DNA of 64,000 nt, from the NCBI RefSeq assembly GCF_006345805.1, contig NC_043008.1, positions 50,468,001 to 50,532,000 of the forward strand, in the 5' to 3' direction. Under the pieces are notes generated by a model, which saw nothing but the letters and a program-made list of their open reading frames with translations, was not told the DNA's origin and made no database searches. Of the stretch, positions 40,273-52,500 are shown piece after piece. The translations under genes and the position numbers were made by a program. Each line of letters starts with the position of its first letter. Position 1 is the first letter of the stretch. Source of the DNA: Octopus sinensis. Lineage: Eukaryota.

Positions 40273-43200
40273 TCTTTTCTCTTTTACTCTTTTACTTGTT
40301 TCAGTCATTTGACTGCGGCCATGCTTGAGCACCGCCTTTAGTCGAGCAAATCGACTCCGGGACTTATTCTTTGTAAGCCCAGTACTTATTCTATCGGTCT
40401 CTATTGCCAAACCGCTAAGTGACGGGGGACGTAAACACACCAGCATCGGTTGTCAAGCAATGCTAGGGGGACAAACACACACACATACACATATATATAT
40501 ATATAAATATATACAACAGGCTTCTTTCAGTTTCCGTCTACCAAATCCACTCACAAGGCATTGGTCGGCCCAGGGCTATAGCAGAAGACACTTGCCCAAG
40601 ATGCCACGCAGTGGGACTGGTTGGTTAGCAAGCTACTTACCACACAGCCACTCCTGCACCTATATATATATATGACAGGCTTCTTTGAGTTTCCATCTAC
40701 CAAATCCACTTGCAAAGCTTTAGTTGGTCTGGGACTACAGTGGAAGACACTTGCGGATATGATGCACTGTAGTTGTGTCATGTGTTTTATCACCCACTAC
40801 TAACCCTTAATAAACGAATCTTGTTATTTTGAGAGGCAGGGGCAGGATGTAAACTCCTTGTAATACCACTACCTAGCTCTTAGGTGCTTTACAAAATCCA
40901 CTCTGTTACATGCCTTCAGGCTTGGTAGGTCCCCATTCTGATGAGCCCCTGAAAAATACTATAGTAGCTCCCTTTCCTCCTCTGAGACCAGTTTATAAAA
41001 AAAAAAAGAAAAATGTGCCATCACAAATTATGTACCTTTTATTTCCACGTCCAGTTTTGTTGTTATTGTTTGGGAAAACCTCAAAGGAGAGGAAAAGGAA
41101 TTGCAATTGTTCAGTGTGTTAAAACAATTCAAGTCACTGAAAAAAAACCTTAGATGGTCACTTGATTAGCTAGACATAGAAGCCAAATCTACTTAGATCA
41201 CACCCTGACATCTTCAGTAGACAGAAAGACAGGATGGTTAGAGCTGAAATAACTTAGCTCATGAGCATCTTTGATTAGGGTTGGGTTGGATTGGGGCTCA
41301 GCGGCAACAAAATATAAACCATTCCTTTCTCTTGTAATAAGGTTGTGTGCTATAAATGTTGTCTCTGTGTCTACACTTCAGTACACACACACACCACTTC
41401 TAGCTAAAGGCCCACCAGGCTTTTATATATTTCAAAAGACATAAGCATTTTTGCGTGTGCATACACGCACACACACAAATGATGGACTTTTAGATTCTAC
41501 CTACCAAATCTATTCACAAGGCTTTGGCCAGCCTAACATTGTAGAGGGTCTGAACTCAGAACTATGTGGATGGGAAGTGAACTTTTAATGTGTGTGTGAT
41601 AGATGATGATGTTGGTACCTTGCTAAATACATTGTGGAAGCAGGGGCTGAGTTTTAAAAATGTTTTTTTAAATTTTTATTTTTTAAAGAAAGTTTAGCTG
41701 TTGCTTTGAAGAATCATTAAGGAAATTTACTGGATAGTTGTTAGAATTTTATGTGTAAAAAAAAAAAAATTAGAAACTGTAAAAGGAAATTATAGCTGTG
41801 TGTATGGTGATATAGAAAACTAACAATTTCTTTGATACCATGCAAATTTATGATGTTTATGATTATACACACATACACACACATATATACACACATACCT
41901 TTTTCCTCCTGTTAAACTATAACATTTTGCTTTATTCTGTAAACTTGTGAAATTTGTTATTTCAACTGTTTATTTTTATTGATTTTTGTGTGTGTTCATT
42001 ATTATTATGATTATTATTAATAATTATCATTAGTAATATTCAGATATATGCTTTTGATATGCATGTGTAGCTTGATTTAAGTCACCTTATTTTCAGTTTA
42101 TTTAAATGCTTTATTATTGCTTAAATTTGCTGTTTATTTAATAAATTTATTTCATTTTTCCATATGAATTCCAATTCCATACACATTGTCTTTCATTGAA
42201 ATGTTCAACATTTGTCTGTCTTTGATGTCTGATCTCCACCGTTCTTCTAAAATGTAAATATGAGTAACTTTATCAATTCTATCAATTTTGAAATTACCCA
42301 CAACATCTTGGTTAATATTTTCAGTAACTGTTTTAAATATATCCTATATTAAAATCATTTTATAAAAATTAAATAACTTCCATTTATACTGTAAAACCCT
42401 TTTAAAATTTTAATTGCTTAATAATTTAAATTAATATTACTTTGTTGACTAAGTAAATTGAGGAAGATATTTGGACAAAAATAAGGAGTTTGGTTAGAAT
42501 GTTTAAAGAAAAAAAACAACCTTTTTCTCTTTCTTTTCAGCCTTCTCTGACACAGTATAGAAATAGTGAAAGTAGCTGTCAGTCACCCACATCACCACTG
42601 TCCCAGACTTCATATTCACCTGTACAATCACCTGGTTTACCACCAAACTCCACCTCTTTAGATAACACTGCCTGTACTGAAGCCTTCTACATACAACAGC
42701 AGAAGACTAACCAATTACAACATCAACTGGAGCACTTCAATATGGTATAAGCTTTATTTTTTTGTTTTATGGTTTTTACTTTAGGAAGTTAGTTGTCCTT
42801 AAATAAATATTGACTATTTCGTTTTTGGATATGGATTTGAGAGTCAAAACTACTGAAAAGGTTGCAAGATGCAACGAAAATTTTAGGAAAATAAAAATAA
42901 GAAAAAAGAGGAAATTTTACCAGTGAGCGTGTTATATTATAAGGCACAAAAAGAAAAGGACTCTCCCCAGACACAGCTAAATATTGACTCTTTACTAATT
43001 AAAAAAAAACGCACTTTTTTTCTTATTTAACAAGTTATACAGATTATTAAGAACTGATATTGTTAAACCTAATATACTGCCTGGTTTAACACCACCAGCT
43101 GTTTCTTGGATTTTAGGCCTAACACATTACCATCGTATTCTTGAGTGCCTTTAGTTTGTGTTGGGCCTAATACACTATCTGCTTTAAAACCATCATGCTA

Positions 43201-46168
43201 TCCTTGGGATACCAATGCACTGCATAGTTAATACTATCTGGTACATGGGTGTCTTTAGCAGAGTTCATAATATTGCAAACATTCAAACAATCCACTACAA
43301 TCTTCATTTAGGATTTAACTTGCAGATATTCAGTTTGGATACCGACTTCCTCTATTTTTGTCAATGTGGAAGGCTCTGTCCTTCCTCCTTTTACTAATTT
43401 GTATAAAAAGGACATTGATAGGCACAAAGTGCTGTTAGTTTGCTAATGAAAGATGTAATTTTTTTTACTTCTTTCATTAATGAATCTTAATTGAGAGAGG
43501 TGAAGTGCTTTCTTTTCTTTTATCACATTTAATGTCTGACTGTAGACTGTACAATGACATTTGACCAGTTATTACCTGAATAGGTCATAGAAAGTTCAAG
43601 ATTCAATGGAACACTTTTCATTAGGTCTTTTATCAATTATCTCAGCTTTTCTGTATTGGTGTCATTAAAAGACATTATGCTGTATCACTTATGCTGCTAT
43701 CAGCTTATACTTTCCCCCGCAACAGTTTATCATTTCCTGTTGACAATAAAGATTGCTTCGATTGCACAAAATCATCGGAAACTTTTATGTTATGTTAATT
43801 TAGTAAACCTTTGTTCCAACACTTTATATCTAAATATATACTCGTTGCATCCTATCATGAACTTAATGAATGTGTAGTCTGTGTGTGTAAGAATAAAGTA
43901 GTATTATTTAATGCTTTGATGTTTGGAAACATATTAGTATGCATGCCATGCAGATAATACAATGCAGACTTATATGTTGCTGTGTATTGCTCTGGTTTGC
44001 AACAACAAGGACGTCTTGGTGATCACACAATCTGCTTGAAATAGCAGCTGGAATCTCTTTCAGATCACACTCTTCTATCATAGAAAAGAAGATGCATTAG
44101 ATAATTTTGTTTCAAGTAAACTGTGCCTGATGAACAGACATGAAGTTTATGGCTGGAATGTCTTTGATGATAAGCCTGTTCACCTGGGCTGACCCAGGGG
44201 TTACCAGGTTTCTGATATGAAGTCACACATCATTGTTTATTTAGATACATGGAGACCATTCACCAACAGATTTGCACACAAAGAAATTACTTATGCCAAG
44301 TCTAAGATCTCTTGAAATAATAGTATCAATAAGTTGTTTATTGTTTGAATGATGTGCAAAATATCTAATATTTCCTACCATTCCTTTTATAGAACTTGTA
44401 GTGAACTATGGTTTCTATGAACATGTATTCTCTATCTGAGCTGTACTAATTGTCCTGTTGTAACTAGTTTCGTGTGGCAGTCAGGCTGGATGGCAAGAGC
44501 TTAACTGTGACCTGTTTGCTCTTCTTATGAAACTGCACCTACGTTTTTTTTTTTTTTTTTTTGGTACTACATAGTAATAAGTTATGGTTTAATTTCAAAG
44601 TAAATTAGTAAACTGTAACACTCTTTTTTCTGTAATAGTTCACTGGAGCCAAAAATAACCACACCCCTGTTGTTTCAGAAAATAAAACTGGCAAACTAGT
44701 TAGAATTGGTATCTGTACTTGATATAGTAATAATAATAGTTTCTAGCATAGGCATAAGACTTTGCTTTTTGATGTCCTTGTGCCTATGTTGGAAACAATT
44801 ACAATTGCAGAATTGTTAGAATTGGTTCTTTACACTCTGAGTTCAGATACCATCAAGGTCAACTTTGCCTTTCATCCTTCCAGGGTTGATAAAATAAAGT
44901 ATTTGTTAAATACTGGAGTTGATGGAGTTGAGTGATACTCCTCCCTCACCTCAAAATTGTTGGCCCTGTGACAAAATCAGAAGTTATTATTGTTACCGGT
45001 GGGCTGACAGAATTGTTATGCTGGCTGACAAAAATGCTTTCTTCAAGATCTATGCATTTGGAGTTCAAACCTGGCTGAGATCAATGTGCATCCTTTTTGG
45101 GGTTGATAAAATTAGCACAAGTTGAATATTGGAGTCAATGTAATTGTCCTCCTCCTCCAGCTGCTCCTCTTCCAAATTGCAAGCCTTGTGCCAAAATCAG
45201 AAAGGATTATTTTTATTATTATTAACATTAGCATTTACAAATCTTTGTCTTTCATCATCCTTCAGGAATGAATAAAATAAAATAGTACTGGAGTTGATTT
45301 AGTAGACCATATCCCTCCCCAAATATTTCTAACTTAGTGCCAATGTTAGAAATCATTATTAATATTACTAAATGACACATTACCAAAGACTTGATCTTTG
45401 GAGTTATTTCTACCATATTCCTACCAATAATATCTTTTAATTTTTCTCTAGACTCTCCTGTAGTTAGGCCACATTGTGTATAATTTACCTTTGAATCTAC
45501 CTTGATTAGAATATGTGAAAAGTGTAAAACATCTCAGCTGATTGTAGTATGTATAGTTATATGAATTAACTACTGACTGACTTTCTCTTTATACTAATTA
45601 GTTGATAATTACTTTAATTATTGATTGTTCACTTCTAATTATGGCAATATATATATTTTTTTAATAGAACATAGCACATTGAGAAAATACTGTAGTGGAA
45701 GAAGAAACTGGTGTTAAAAAATGTTTTAGGGTATATTTCTTTTAAATTAACTTTGTTGACATTTGTATTTCCAGCTTCAAGATAATCAACCAAGTCTAAA
45801 TTCTTGCAACTCCAACTCATTAACTAACCTGGCTGGTTACTCAATTTCACCTCAAACATTGGAATTCACTGAAGAGGATATGCAGAGCCTGACTGCCGTC
45901 ACGGGTGGTAACCAGGAATTTAATTTATCATCTTTCTACTCGGATTTGAATCCCCTTTGTACTCAACCACAGCAGCAGTTGTTGAATACAGCTGTGACAT
46001 CACCACAACACCAACAGTCACCTCAACACCACCAAACCAGCCACCAACAGCAACAGACACAACAGCAACATACACATCCACAACAGCAGCAACCATCATC
46101 TCCACACCATCCACATCAACAGTTATCACCACAAAATAACAGTAAGATACCACATATCATATTTACTG
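15141..46168 (+). CDS. CRTC1: CREB-regulated transcription coactivator (CRTC/TORC) gene, partial: span of 7 internal coding exons; 5' and 3' exons not in window
   Basis: Manual splicing gives (R)[12 protein letters not shown]...KR-VLQVAEE...[28 protein letters not shown]...[23 protein letters not shown]...-H/Q-rich exon-PSLTQYR...[15 protein letters not shown]...IPHIIFT, colinear with known CRTC family motifs. All junctions are GT-AG and phases match (1,0,2,0,0,0). The symbol is used for the invertebrate CRTC orthologue. Confidence 0.93.
16090..16565 (+). mobile_element. Decayed RTE-type LINE C-terminus with tandem C2H2 zinc-finger remnants
   Basis: [11 protein letters not shown]...VKEFELNR (RTE pattern E.LA.DR..WR......FE..R), then [38 protein letters not shown] and [19 protein letters not shown], with stops and frameshifts. 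Confidence 0.65.
16981..17130 (+). mobile_element. RTE-clade LINE extreme 3' end with (GAT)n tail
   Basis: [46 protein letters not shown] immediately followed by tgatgatgatg. Confidence 0.75.
17518..17579 (+). CDS. CRTC1: CRTC exon: [21 protein letters not shown]
   Basis: Acceptor ttttcag, donor AAG|gtagtt, 62 nt, phase 1 to 0; matches the VL...WDTKK segment of vertebrate CRTC1. Confidence 0.9.
18308..18351 (+). CDS. CRTC1: CRTC exon: [14 protein letters not shown](N)
   Basis: Acceptor attttag, donor AA|gtaagt, 44 nt, phase 0 to 2; RPKSCEVP family motif. Confidence 0.93.
19083..19301. mobile_element. piggyBac-like MITE
   Basis: Ends taacccttttgttacc ... ggtatcgaaagggttaa; related to the copies at 23068 and 23590. 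Confidence 0.6.
20106..20415 (+). CDS. CRTC1: CRTC exon: IYPSQEQ...[26 protein letters not shown]...RLPLSPP
   Basis: Pyrimidine tract plus ttcag acceptor, donor CCT|gtaaga, 310 nt, phase 2 to 0; GSLPDL (CRTC2 S275-type site) and FPSPL.TPLD motifs; overlaps ORF 20137..20532. Confidence 0.93.
21361..21815 (+). mobile_element. Tandem pair of the same (TTA)n-tailed SINE
   Basis: Two ~230-bp units joined by (TTA)n. Further copies at ~19400-19610, 35225-35400 and 44800-45360 (+) and 36250-36585 (-). Confidence 0.85.
23068..23295. mobile_element. piggyBac-like MITE, opposite orientation to the 19083 copy
   Basis: Ends ttaaacccttttgatacc ... aacagaagggttaa. Confidence 0.55.
23590..23820. mobile_element. 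piggyBac-like MITE, diverged
   Basis: Ends ttaacccttttgtttcc ... gataccaaaagtgtaa; internal similarity to the 19083 copy. Confidence 0.5.
25850..27160 (+). mobile_element. Head-to-tail array of six tRNA-headed, Meta-domain-like SINEs with (TTA)n tails
   Basis: Units start at ~25850 (truncated), 25998, 26215, 26445, 26672 and 26933. Full units have A-box-like tggcagaatcg, B-box-like gagttcaaattcc and core gactttgcctttcatcctttcggggtcgataaattaagtaccag. Confidence 0.85.
28043..28532 (+). CDS. CRTC1: CRTC His/Gln-rich low-complexity exon (VSCVNPNSG...[14 protein letters not shown]...DDSQVNRTK) with apparent +1 frameshift at ~28199
   Basis: Acceptor tgtcttag, donor AAG|gttagt. The length is 490 nt (3n+1) between two phase-0 junctions. 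ORFs 28043..28234 and 28113..28583 join in frame if one A in caacaaacaa is removed. Confidence 0.75.
29056..29350 (+). mobile_element. tRNA-headed CORE-like SINE
   Basis: tggcttagtggtt...tttcaatccc...tgttcttgagcaaaacacttca; homologous copy at ~31890-32155. Confidence 0.7.
29360..29656 (-). mobile_element. tRNA-derived SINE, well preserved
   Basis: Minus strand begins ggaggcacaatggcctagtggttagggcagcggactcacggtcgcaggatcacggtttcgattcc (A and B boxes), followed by a non-tRNA body. Confidence 0.8.
33296..33985. repeat. Interrupted (CTT)n/(GAA)n microsatellite, ~690 bp
   Basis: Almost pure pyrimidine strand of ctt units; accounts for spurious ORFs 33264..33998 and 33410..33991. Confidence 0.98.
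35850..36247 (+). mobile_element. RTE-type LINE reverse transcriptase fragment containing a PHD-like Cys/His insert
   Basis: [16 protein letters not shown]...[41 protein letters not shown]...[12 protein letters not shown], read across frameshifts. Confidence 0.75.
36590..36879 (+). mobile_element. (GAT)n-tailed retroposon 3' portion with internal aaaagcacc subrepeats
   Basis: Ends tggcgttaggaagggcatccagccgtagaaac...ccaacccatgctagcatggaaaacggatgctaaacgatgatg. Near-identical copies at 37900-38150 (+), 50985-51153 (+) and 20743-20886 (-); more diverged copies at 50398-50950 (-) and 30384-30528 (+). Confidence 0.85.
40271..40660 (-). mobile_element. Well-preserved copy of tail-type-A SINE
   Basis: Reverse complement of the 59719 family, CpG-rich, with (GTAAAAGA)-type tail and a small deletion in the head. 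Confidence 0.85.
42541..42744 (+). CDS. CRTC1: CRTC exon: [19 protein letters not shown]...[17 protein letters not shown]
   Basis: Long pyrimidine tract plus ttttcag, donor ATG|gtataa, 204 nt, phase 0 to 0; L.HQLE.FNM motif as in CRTC1 (LSHQLEQFNM). Confidence 0.9.
45775..46168 (+). CDS. CRTC1: CRTC exon: LQDNQPSLN...Q-rich...[11 protein letters not shown]
   Basis: Acceptor tttccag, donor CTG|gtaagc, 394 nt, phase 0 to 1; IPHIIFT corresponds to IPNIILT at the start of the CRTC C-terminal domain. Confidence 0.9.
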
Positions 46169-47407
46169 GTAAGCAATTTTTTCCAGTTTCATATTTTAAT
46201 TAACTTATCCTTGTATTCCTTCTTTTATTCTGAATTTCAATTGATTAATTCAAATTACAAGTAATTGTCCTTTTTCATTGTTTCTTGCCAACTTGTAGCA
46301 TTGATTGTTCTTGTTAGCCTCTCTCTTGTTTTTTTTTTTTTTTTTTCATTAAGTCAGTCCTTATTACTTCTGTCTGGTTATTTCTTGGCTTATTTTATGT
46401 GCTCTGGTTTAGGTCATAATAAAAGTCTTCACCTTTCTCTCTGTTTAATATTTGTTACAGGTTTATTTTCACTGAATTTTCAAACCTCGCACAGCATTGC
46501 AATTCTCTATATACCTTTTAATATTCAAACTATGCTAGCAGTTTTTCAAAAATTCTATCACTGCAGATATAAGGTTTTGACTTTCTCGCTTGTAGTTAAT
46601 AATTTCTCTTTTAATTAATCTTAATCTCATTATGATAGTTACTGAAATCTATAATCTGTTAATCTGAACTACTAGCACTGTTATGTATACTATGTGTACT
46701 AGATTTGTCATTCCACTTCATGCCTACCTGCGATAGTATAACAATCACACTAAATGCACTCATACCTTTATTTTATATCATTTTCTCTATTGGGTGATAC
46801 ACAGTTGATTTGTGTGGAGTAAATGTCTCAGCAACCATATATATATTTCTCTCAATTTCAAAGTTCCTCTGCTACTGATAATCTAACCAGTTGCTTACTT
46901 AAAAGATATTTCTTGAAAATTTTTGTTCTAAATACAAAATATACATTTATTCCATCCTATTTAGTTTCACTATCGAAAGTAAACACAGTAATTAAACCTC
47001 GTTACCTCTTCTCCCTCTCATCATAAAAAGAGATTGATCAATCTATTACCACCTCATTGGAGATCAATTATTCCTTCCTGTTCACAGAAGAAATATGGCT
47101 TATAGTTGTTTATTGTACACACAGACTTTGGCAGAATTTAATTGGTCTACCGTATGCAGTGCCAATATGAATTAAAGACACTCTATGGCACTGATAGGAT
47201 TAGTAAAAATAATGTATGTTAAACATAGAAAGGTATATTTTTTGGTCAACTGTAAACAGAAAAGAATAATAAGTCTCTGGTGAAACATTGAATTAAATTA
47301 ATAAATATGTTTTATTACGTTAAAACATTAAAAGCAAATTACTGATGTTTAGTAGTGATAACAATGAATTTCTTTGACAGAAAAATTCCATAACCATGTG
47401 TGTGTGT

Positions 47408-47442
<35 letters not shown>

Positions 47443-48649
47443 AATTCTTTAGCATTGAGATTACTGCCAAATGTAATGGTCATGTATTCACATTGTTTTA
47501 CATTGATTATGCATTATCTCCTAGCTTTGAGATTATGATGATGTAATTGTACATTTTTAGAATGACATAGTTGGGTAGGTATGAGCGGTCACATCTGGCT
47601 GGTTTTAAATACTAAACACCACACACACACACACACATGGAAGATCATGTGGTTTTAAAATGCTATCTGCTTTCAACAGGAAATCTAAAATCTCTGTTCA
47701 TTTAAAACATATACAAGTTTTCATTACAGATTTGCTTATCCAATTGCTGTATGGTATGTTAATTAATTCACATTGCTAGCTCTCACACTGTTATGCCTAT
47801 CAGGTAGACCAGTTTCGTTGTGTTGGAGTTTTCCTATAAATAGCTCTAAGCTAATATTCTCTCTGAAAATAAGAAGTTGGTGATCTCTGATGAGGCATTA
47901 ATAAACTTAATAAACATTGAAAGTATTCAGATTCCAATTTGTTATGCCTCTTGTTTTATCTACTTTTACAGTCCTCTTTGTCTCATGTAATATAATTAAT
48001 TACTCTTAAAAACATAGATTCATTTTCCTTAGCTATCTTACCAGTTACTTAAGTGATCTTGTTTTAACATGCTGACTAGTAACATCCCTAATGTGCTCAA
48101 CTCCTCATTCAGCTGTAGGCAGATTCACATCCTTAATACCAGCATACCACTCTAACCATCCTCAGACTATTTCTTGCATTACCTCTCCCCCCAGGTCCTT
48201 TGCTGGAAAGAAATTTTGAATGTGTTTCATTTTTGTTTTAAAATAATTCCAAGTTCAGTTTTTAGTTACAGTTTCTTTTTGTAATTGTCACCTAATACCT
48301 TTCTTTCAGTTATCAGTGTTTGATATTGAAATATTTAGCAATTTCAACCCTGATTAAGCGAACAAAGCAGTGAATTTTCCTTTATTCCTTAATTGAGAAT
48401 TGTTCGTGAAGGCTGGAGTTTGACATGACAACTTAAAATTGGCCATGAAGAGAATATACATTTTATAGACTTAACTTTTTGGCAAATGATACCTCCCTTC
48501 ATCCCTCAGTATTCTTTCAGATTAAAGCATCACACACACATAACCTGGACACCCTTATATCAGATATGCACTAATTACATGAAGAAAGGCCATTAGTAAC
48601 ATAGTTATATATATATACACACACACACATACACCTGTCATTGCCCTTA

Positions 48650-49570
48650 CAGGTCTAAGAGTGTCTACCAGACTAACAAAACCACTACCTGTATGATAGT
48701 ATCACTATTATTTAACTGTTACTGCCAATTTGACAGTACCATGGCCAGTCTAACCATGTTACGACTTATCTACTAATGTAATGAGTCTAATGGTATCACA
48801 GTCAGCTTAACGATGTCACTCAGTCTACTTGCTATTACCAGTCTAAGAGTGCCACTGTCGGTCTGAGTCAGAATTTGCCTAAAAGTGTTAGTATCAGTCT
48901 AATTGTGTCATACTCACTACCATACTAATGAAATCACTACTGCTCTAACAGTGTTGCTATTAGTATAAACACATCGCTACTGAACTAACAGTGTTGATAA
49001 TATCTTAAGAGTCACTACTAGTCTAACAATTTCATTGTCTGTCTAAAAGTGTCACTACCTGCCTAAAGACATCAGTCTAATTATGTCAACCAGTTTAATA
49101 GTATCACTAACAGCTTAATGTTGTCACAACCAATCTTAACAAGATCACAACTACTCTAATAGTGCCGCTACTAATTTGAATCATTATCAGTCAGTGTCAC
49201 TATCAACCTAATAGTGTTGCTCTCAGTCTACCAATGTTGTTATAGTATCACTACTAGTTCACTGATACTAATCTAGTGACATCACAATAAGTTTGTGTCC
49301 CTAACAATGCCAATCTAACACTGTTACCACCAGCACAGTAGTGTTACTTCCCGTCTGTCAATGTCTCCTAGTCTAACTCTGCCAGTCTTATACTGCTGCT
49401 ATCAGTTTAATGATATCACTGCTAGTGTAACGGTATCACTATTAGTCTGTATCACAGTCAGTCTTATTGTGTCGCTGCCACTCACACTTCATCTGTTTCA
49501 CTACCAGTCTAATAAATGGTGTCTGTGTCACTACCTATCTAATTGTTCTACTGTCATTACCAAGTCTAAT
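48650..49570. repeat. Degenerate minisatellite, ~20-bp unit approximately (AC)CAGTCTAACAGTGTCACT
   Basis: Recurring cagtctaa, gtgtcact and atcactac motifs at roughly regular spacing over ~900 bp. Confidence 0.7.
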
Positions 49571-52500
49571 CAAAAAACCCAAATATAATACAGAAAGCTA
49601 AAACTAATCTTTTTTTTTTATGTGTTTACTAATTGTTTCCCCTCTGCTCTGAAGTCCTTGTCTATTTTTGCTGTACCAGCTAACTGTATACCTTCCACAT
49701 AAAAATTTCAATTTAATTGTCACTTTTATTGTGTCAATGTCTAAAGAAAGTGCAAATCTTTTACTATTTATATCCCTGCTGTTATTATTGAAAGTAAGAA
49801 TATTTACATTGCATTATTACCTTGCCATGATATCAACAAAACAGCTTGCAGCAGCCATTCTGTCTTTGATGACAAGCTATTTCCTATGTAACACTCCAGG
49901 ATTCTCTTGTCAGCAATTTTCGTTTCTGGTGTTGCTTAAACAAAATAATCTCAACTCTGAACTGTATAAACATATAAATAAGAAACCTTCATACATGAGG
50001 AGTGTTACCATTTACAAAAACTCACTTTTACAATACCTGTCTAAGGAATACTTACCTAATGGGCTGTGTAATGATATTGAGAATACCTGTGTGAGAATGT
50101 AGTTGTTAGAAATGAAATTCAGCCATAGAAACGAATGGGCATAAAATGATGATAATTTTTCATATTTGTATACACAATAATGTGTTAAATAATCACAATG
50201 CATTACATTGAACCCAATGTCACTCCCTTGTTGTGTGCCTTAGCTGTGGCCAGTGTCTGTGAAATAAATTAACAGAAAAAATTAATCTCAAATACACTCA
50301 TACAAAGAAAATTTGCGTATTTGTGCCTTACATAAACCTTCCAGGAAATTTAGATGTTTCTGCAATACTCAGTCATCAATGTAGTGTGTTTATATTATCA
50401 TCATTTAGCGTCTGTTGTCAATGTTGGCATGGGTTGGATGGTTTGATCAGGGCTGGTAAGCTGATGGGGCTGCACCAAACTACAGTCTGATCTGGCAGTG
50501 TGTCTACAGCTGGATGTCCTTCCTAATGCCAACCACTCCGAAAGTGTAATGGGTGCTTTTACCTGCCACTGGCATGGGTACCAGTTGCGTGACACCAGTA
50601 TCTGCCACAACTACGATTTCACTTGGCTTGATGGGTCTTCTTCTCAAACACGGCATAATGCCAAAGGTCTCGGTCATATATCATTGCCTGCATGAGACCC
50701 AGCACTTGAAAGGTGCTTTTTACATGCCACCAGCACAGATGCCAGTTACATGACACTGGTGTCTGCCACATTGCCCCTGTGAGGCCCAATGTTCAAAAGG
50801 TGCTTTTTACATGCCACCAGCATGGGTGCCAGTTACGTGACACCGACAATGGCCACAAGTGTATTTTCCCTTGGCTTGGCGAGTCTTCTCAAGCATAGCA
50901 TATTGACAAAGGTCACAGTCACACTAGTCATTGCCTCTGTGAGACCCAATAATTGATGTATTTATATTGTTATATATATATATAAAGCACCCACTACACT
51001 CTCGGAGTGGTTGGCATTAGGAAGGGCATCCAGCTGTAGAAACACTGCCAGATCAGACGGCCTGGCACAGCCTTCTGGCTTCCCAGACCCCGGTTGAACC
51101 GTCCAACCCATGCTAGCATGGAAAACGGACATTAAACGATGATGATGATGATGATATATATAGGGAAGAATATTTTGTTTATACTTGTATATGTGTGTGT
51201 GTGTCTCTGCTTCCTATCTTTGAAGTCTTGGGTTCAGTCCCATTGCATGTTACCTTGGGCAAGCGTCATCCACTAAAGCCTCTGGTGGCCAAAGCCTTGT
51301 CAGTGGATTTCATTGAAACTGAAAGAAGTCTATTGTTTATACATGTGTGTGTGTTTGTGTACTTTTGTCTTGATATCATGTGTTGGTTGTCAGCAAAGAC
51401 CACTGTCATACAAGCAATGTTGCTCATTTCCAATCTTAGTGAAAAAACAAACTTGTCTGGTCATACAAAATTTTACTTTGCTTGGAAACAAGTGAACATT
51501 GGCAACAGGAAGAGCATCCAGCTGTAGAAATTTTGCCATAACAAAATTCCATACGACCATGGCAAAATGGATATTAAATAATAATAATTATAATTGTGTG
51601 CCTGTTTATTTAGTGATGTCTGTATGTATCTGTGTAATTTAAGTGTGCATATTTGTGCACCTCCATAGTGAAGGGTATTGTTATGCCTATGTATGTTTAT
51701 GTAGTGATGTATATTTTATAGTTATGTGGTATATCCATATGCCTATAAGTCAATGTATGTTTTTTTTTTATTACTGTGTACCTGTGTGCCTATGTATTCC
51801 TTTTCTTCATTCAGTTTCTTCTTTGCCCATCCTTATTAGCTCTACCATATGTCACCTCATTTATTAACACTCCCCTCTCAACTAATTATCCAAATGTTTA
51901 TTCCACTAATGCTGTAACCTGGCCTTGCATATACACATGTATATTCCTTCTACTTGCATCAACTTAGAAAATTTCACCTGAATATCTCCTGCATTAACCA
52001 GGGAGATCCTGCAACCCTTATGAGACCGGTTCCTCCTTATCAGGCACAGAGTATATTTTAGGGAATTTGATTGTTGTTTCCAGCAAGTCTTGGGTTTAGT
52101 CCCATTGCATGTTACCTTGGGCAAGTGTTATCTACTAAAGCCTACTAAATCCTGCACTGGGGCTCCTTTGTTTGTGTATCTGAATATACTTTGATTTATG
52201 ATGTTGTTCTCCTAAGGTCAGCCCTGTTTGAACAGATCTTTGACTAAAGCCAATTTAGATATGACCATCTCTCTTTCATTCCAATATAATCTATCTAGGA
52301 TTACATTACCCAAAGCTTCCTTCCCATTTTTTAAAAAGCAGTAGGGTCTGATTTGCAGTAGATATGACTGCTATTTCTAGCAGGTCAAGTAACCACATAG
52401 AAGTCCCTTCATTGGTTCAGATTTGTGTGTGTGTGTGTGTGTGGTCCTGCACGTATACTGTCATGTATTTGTGTAGGTAATGATTCATGCATGTGAGAAA

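Noticed and set aside
40938-40960. Hammerhead ribozyme core CTGATGA...GAAA (also ~1075-1092 minus and ~47888)
   Set aside because: I could not form stems I-III around the core motifs.
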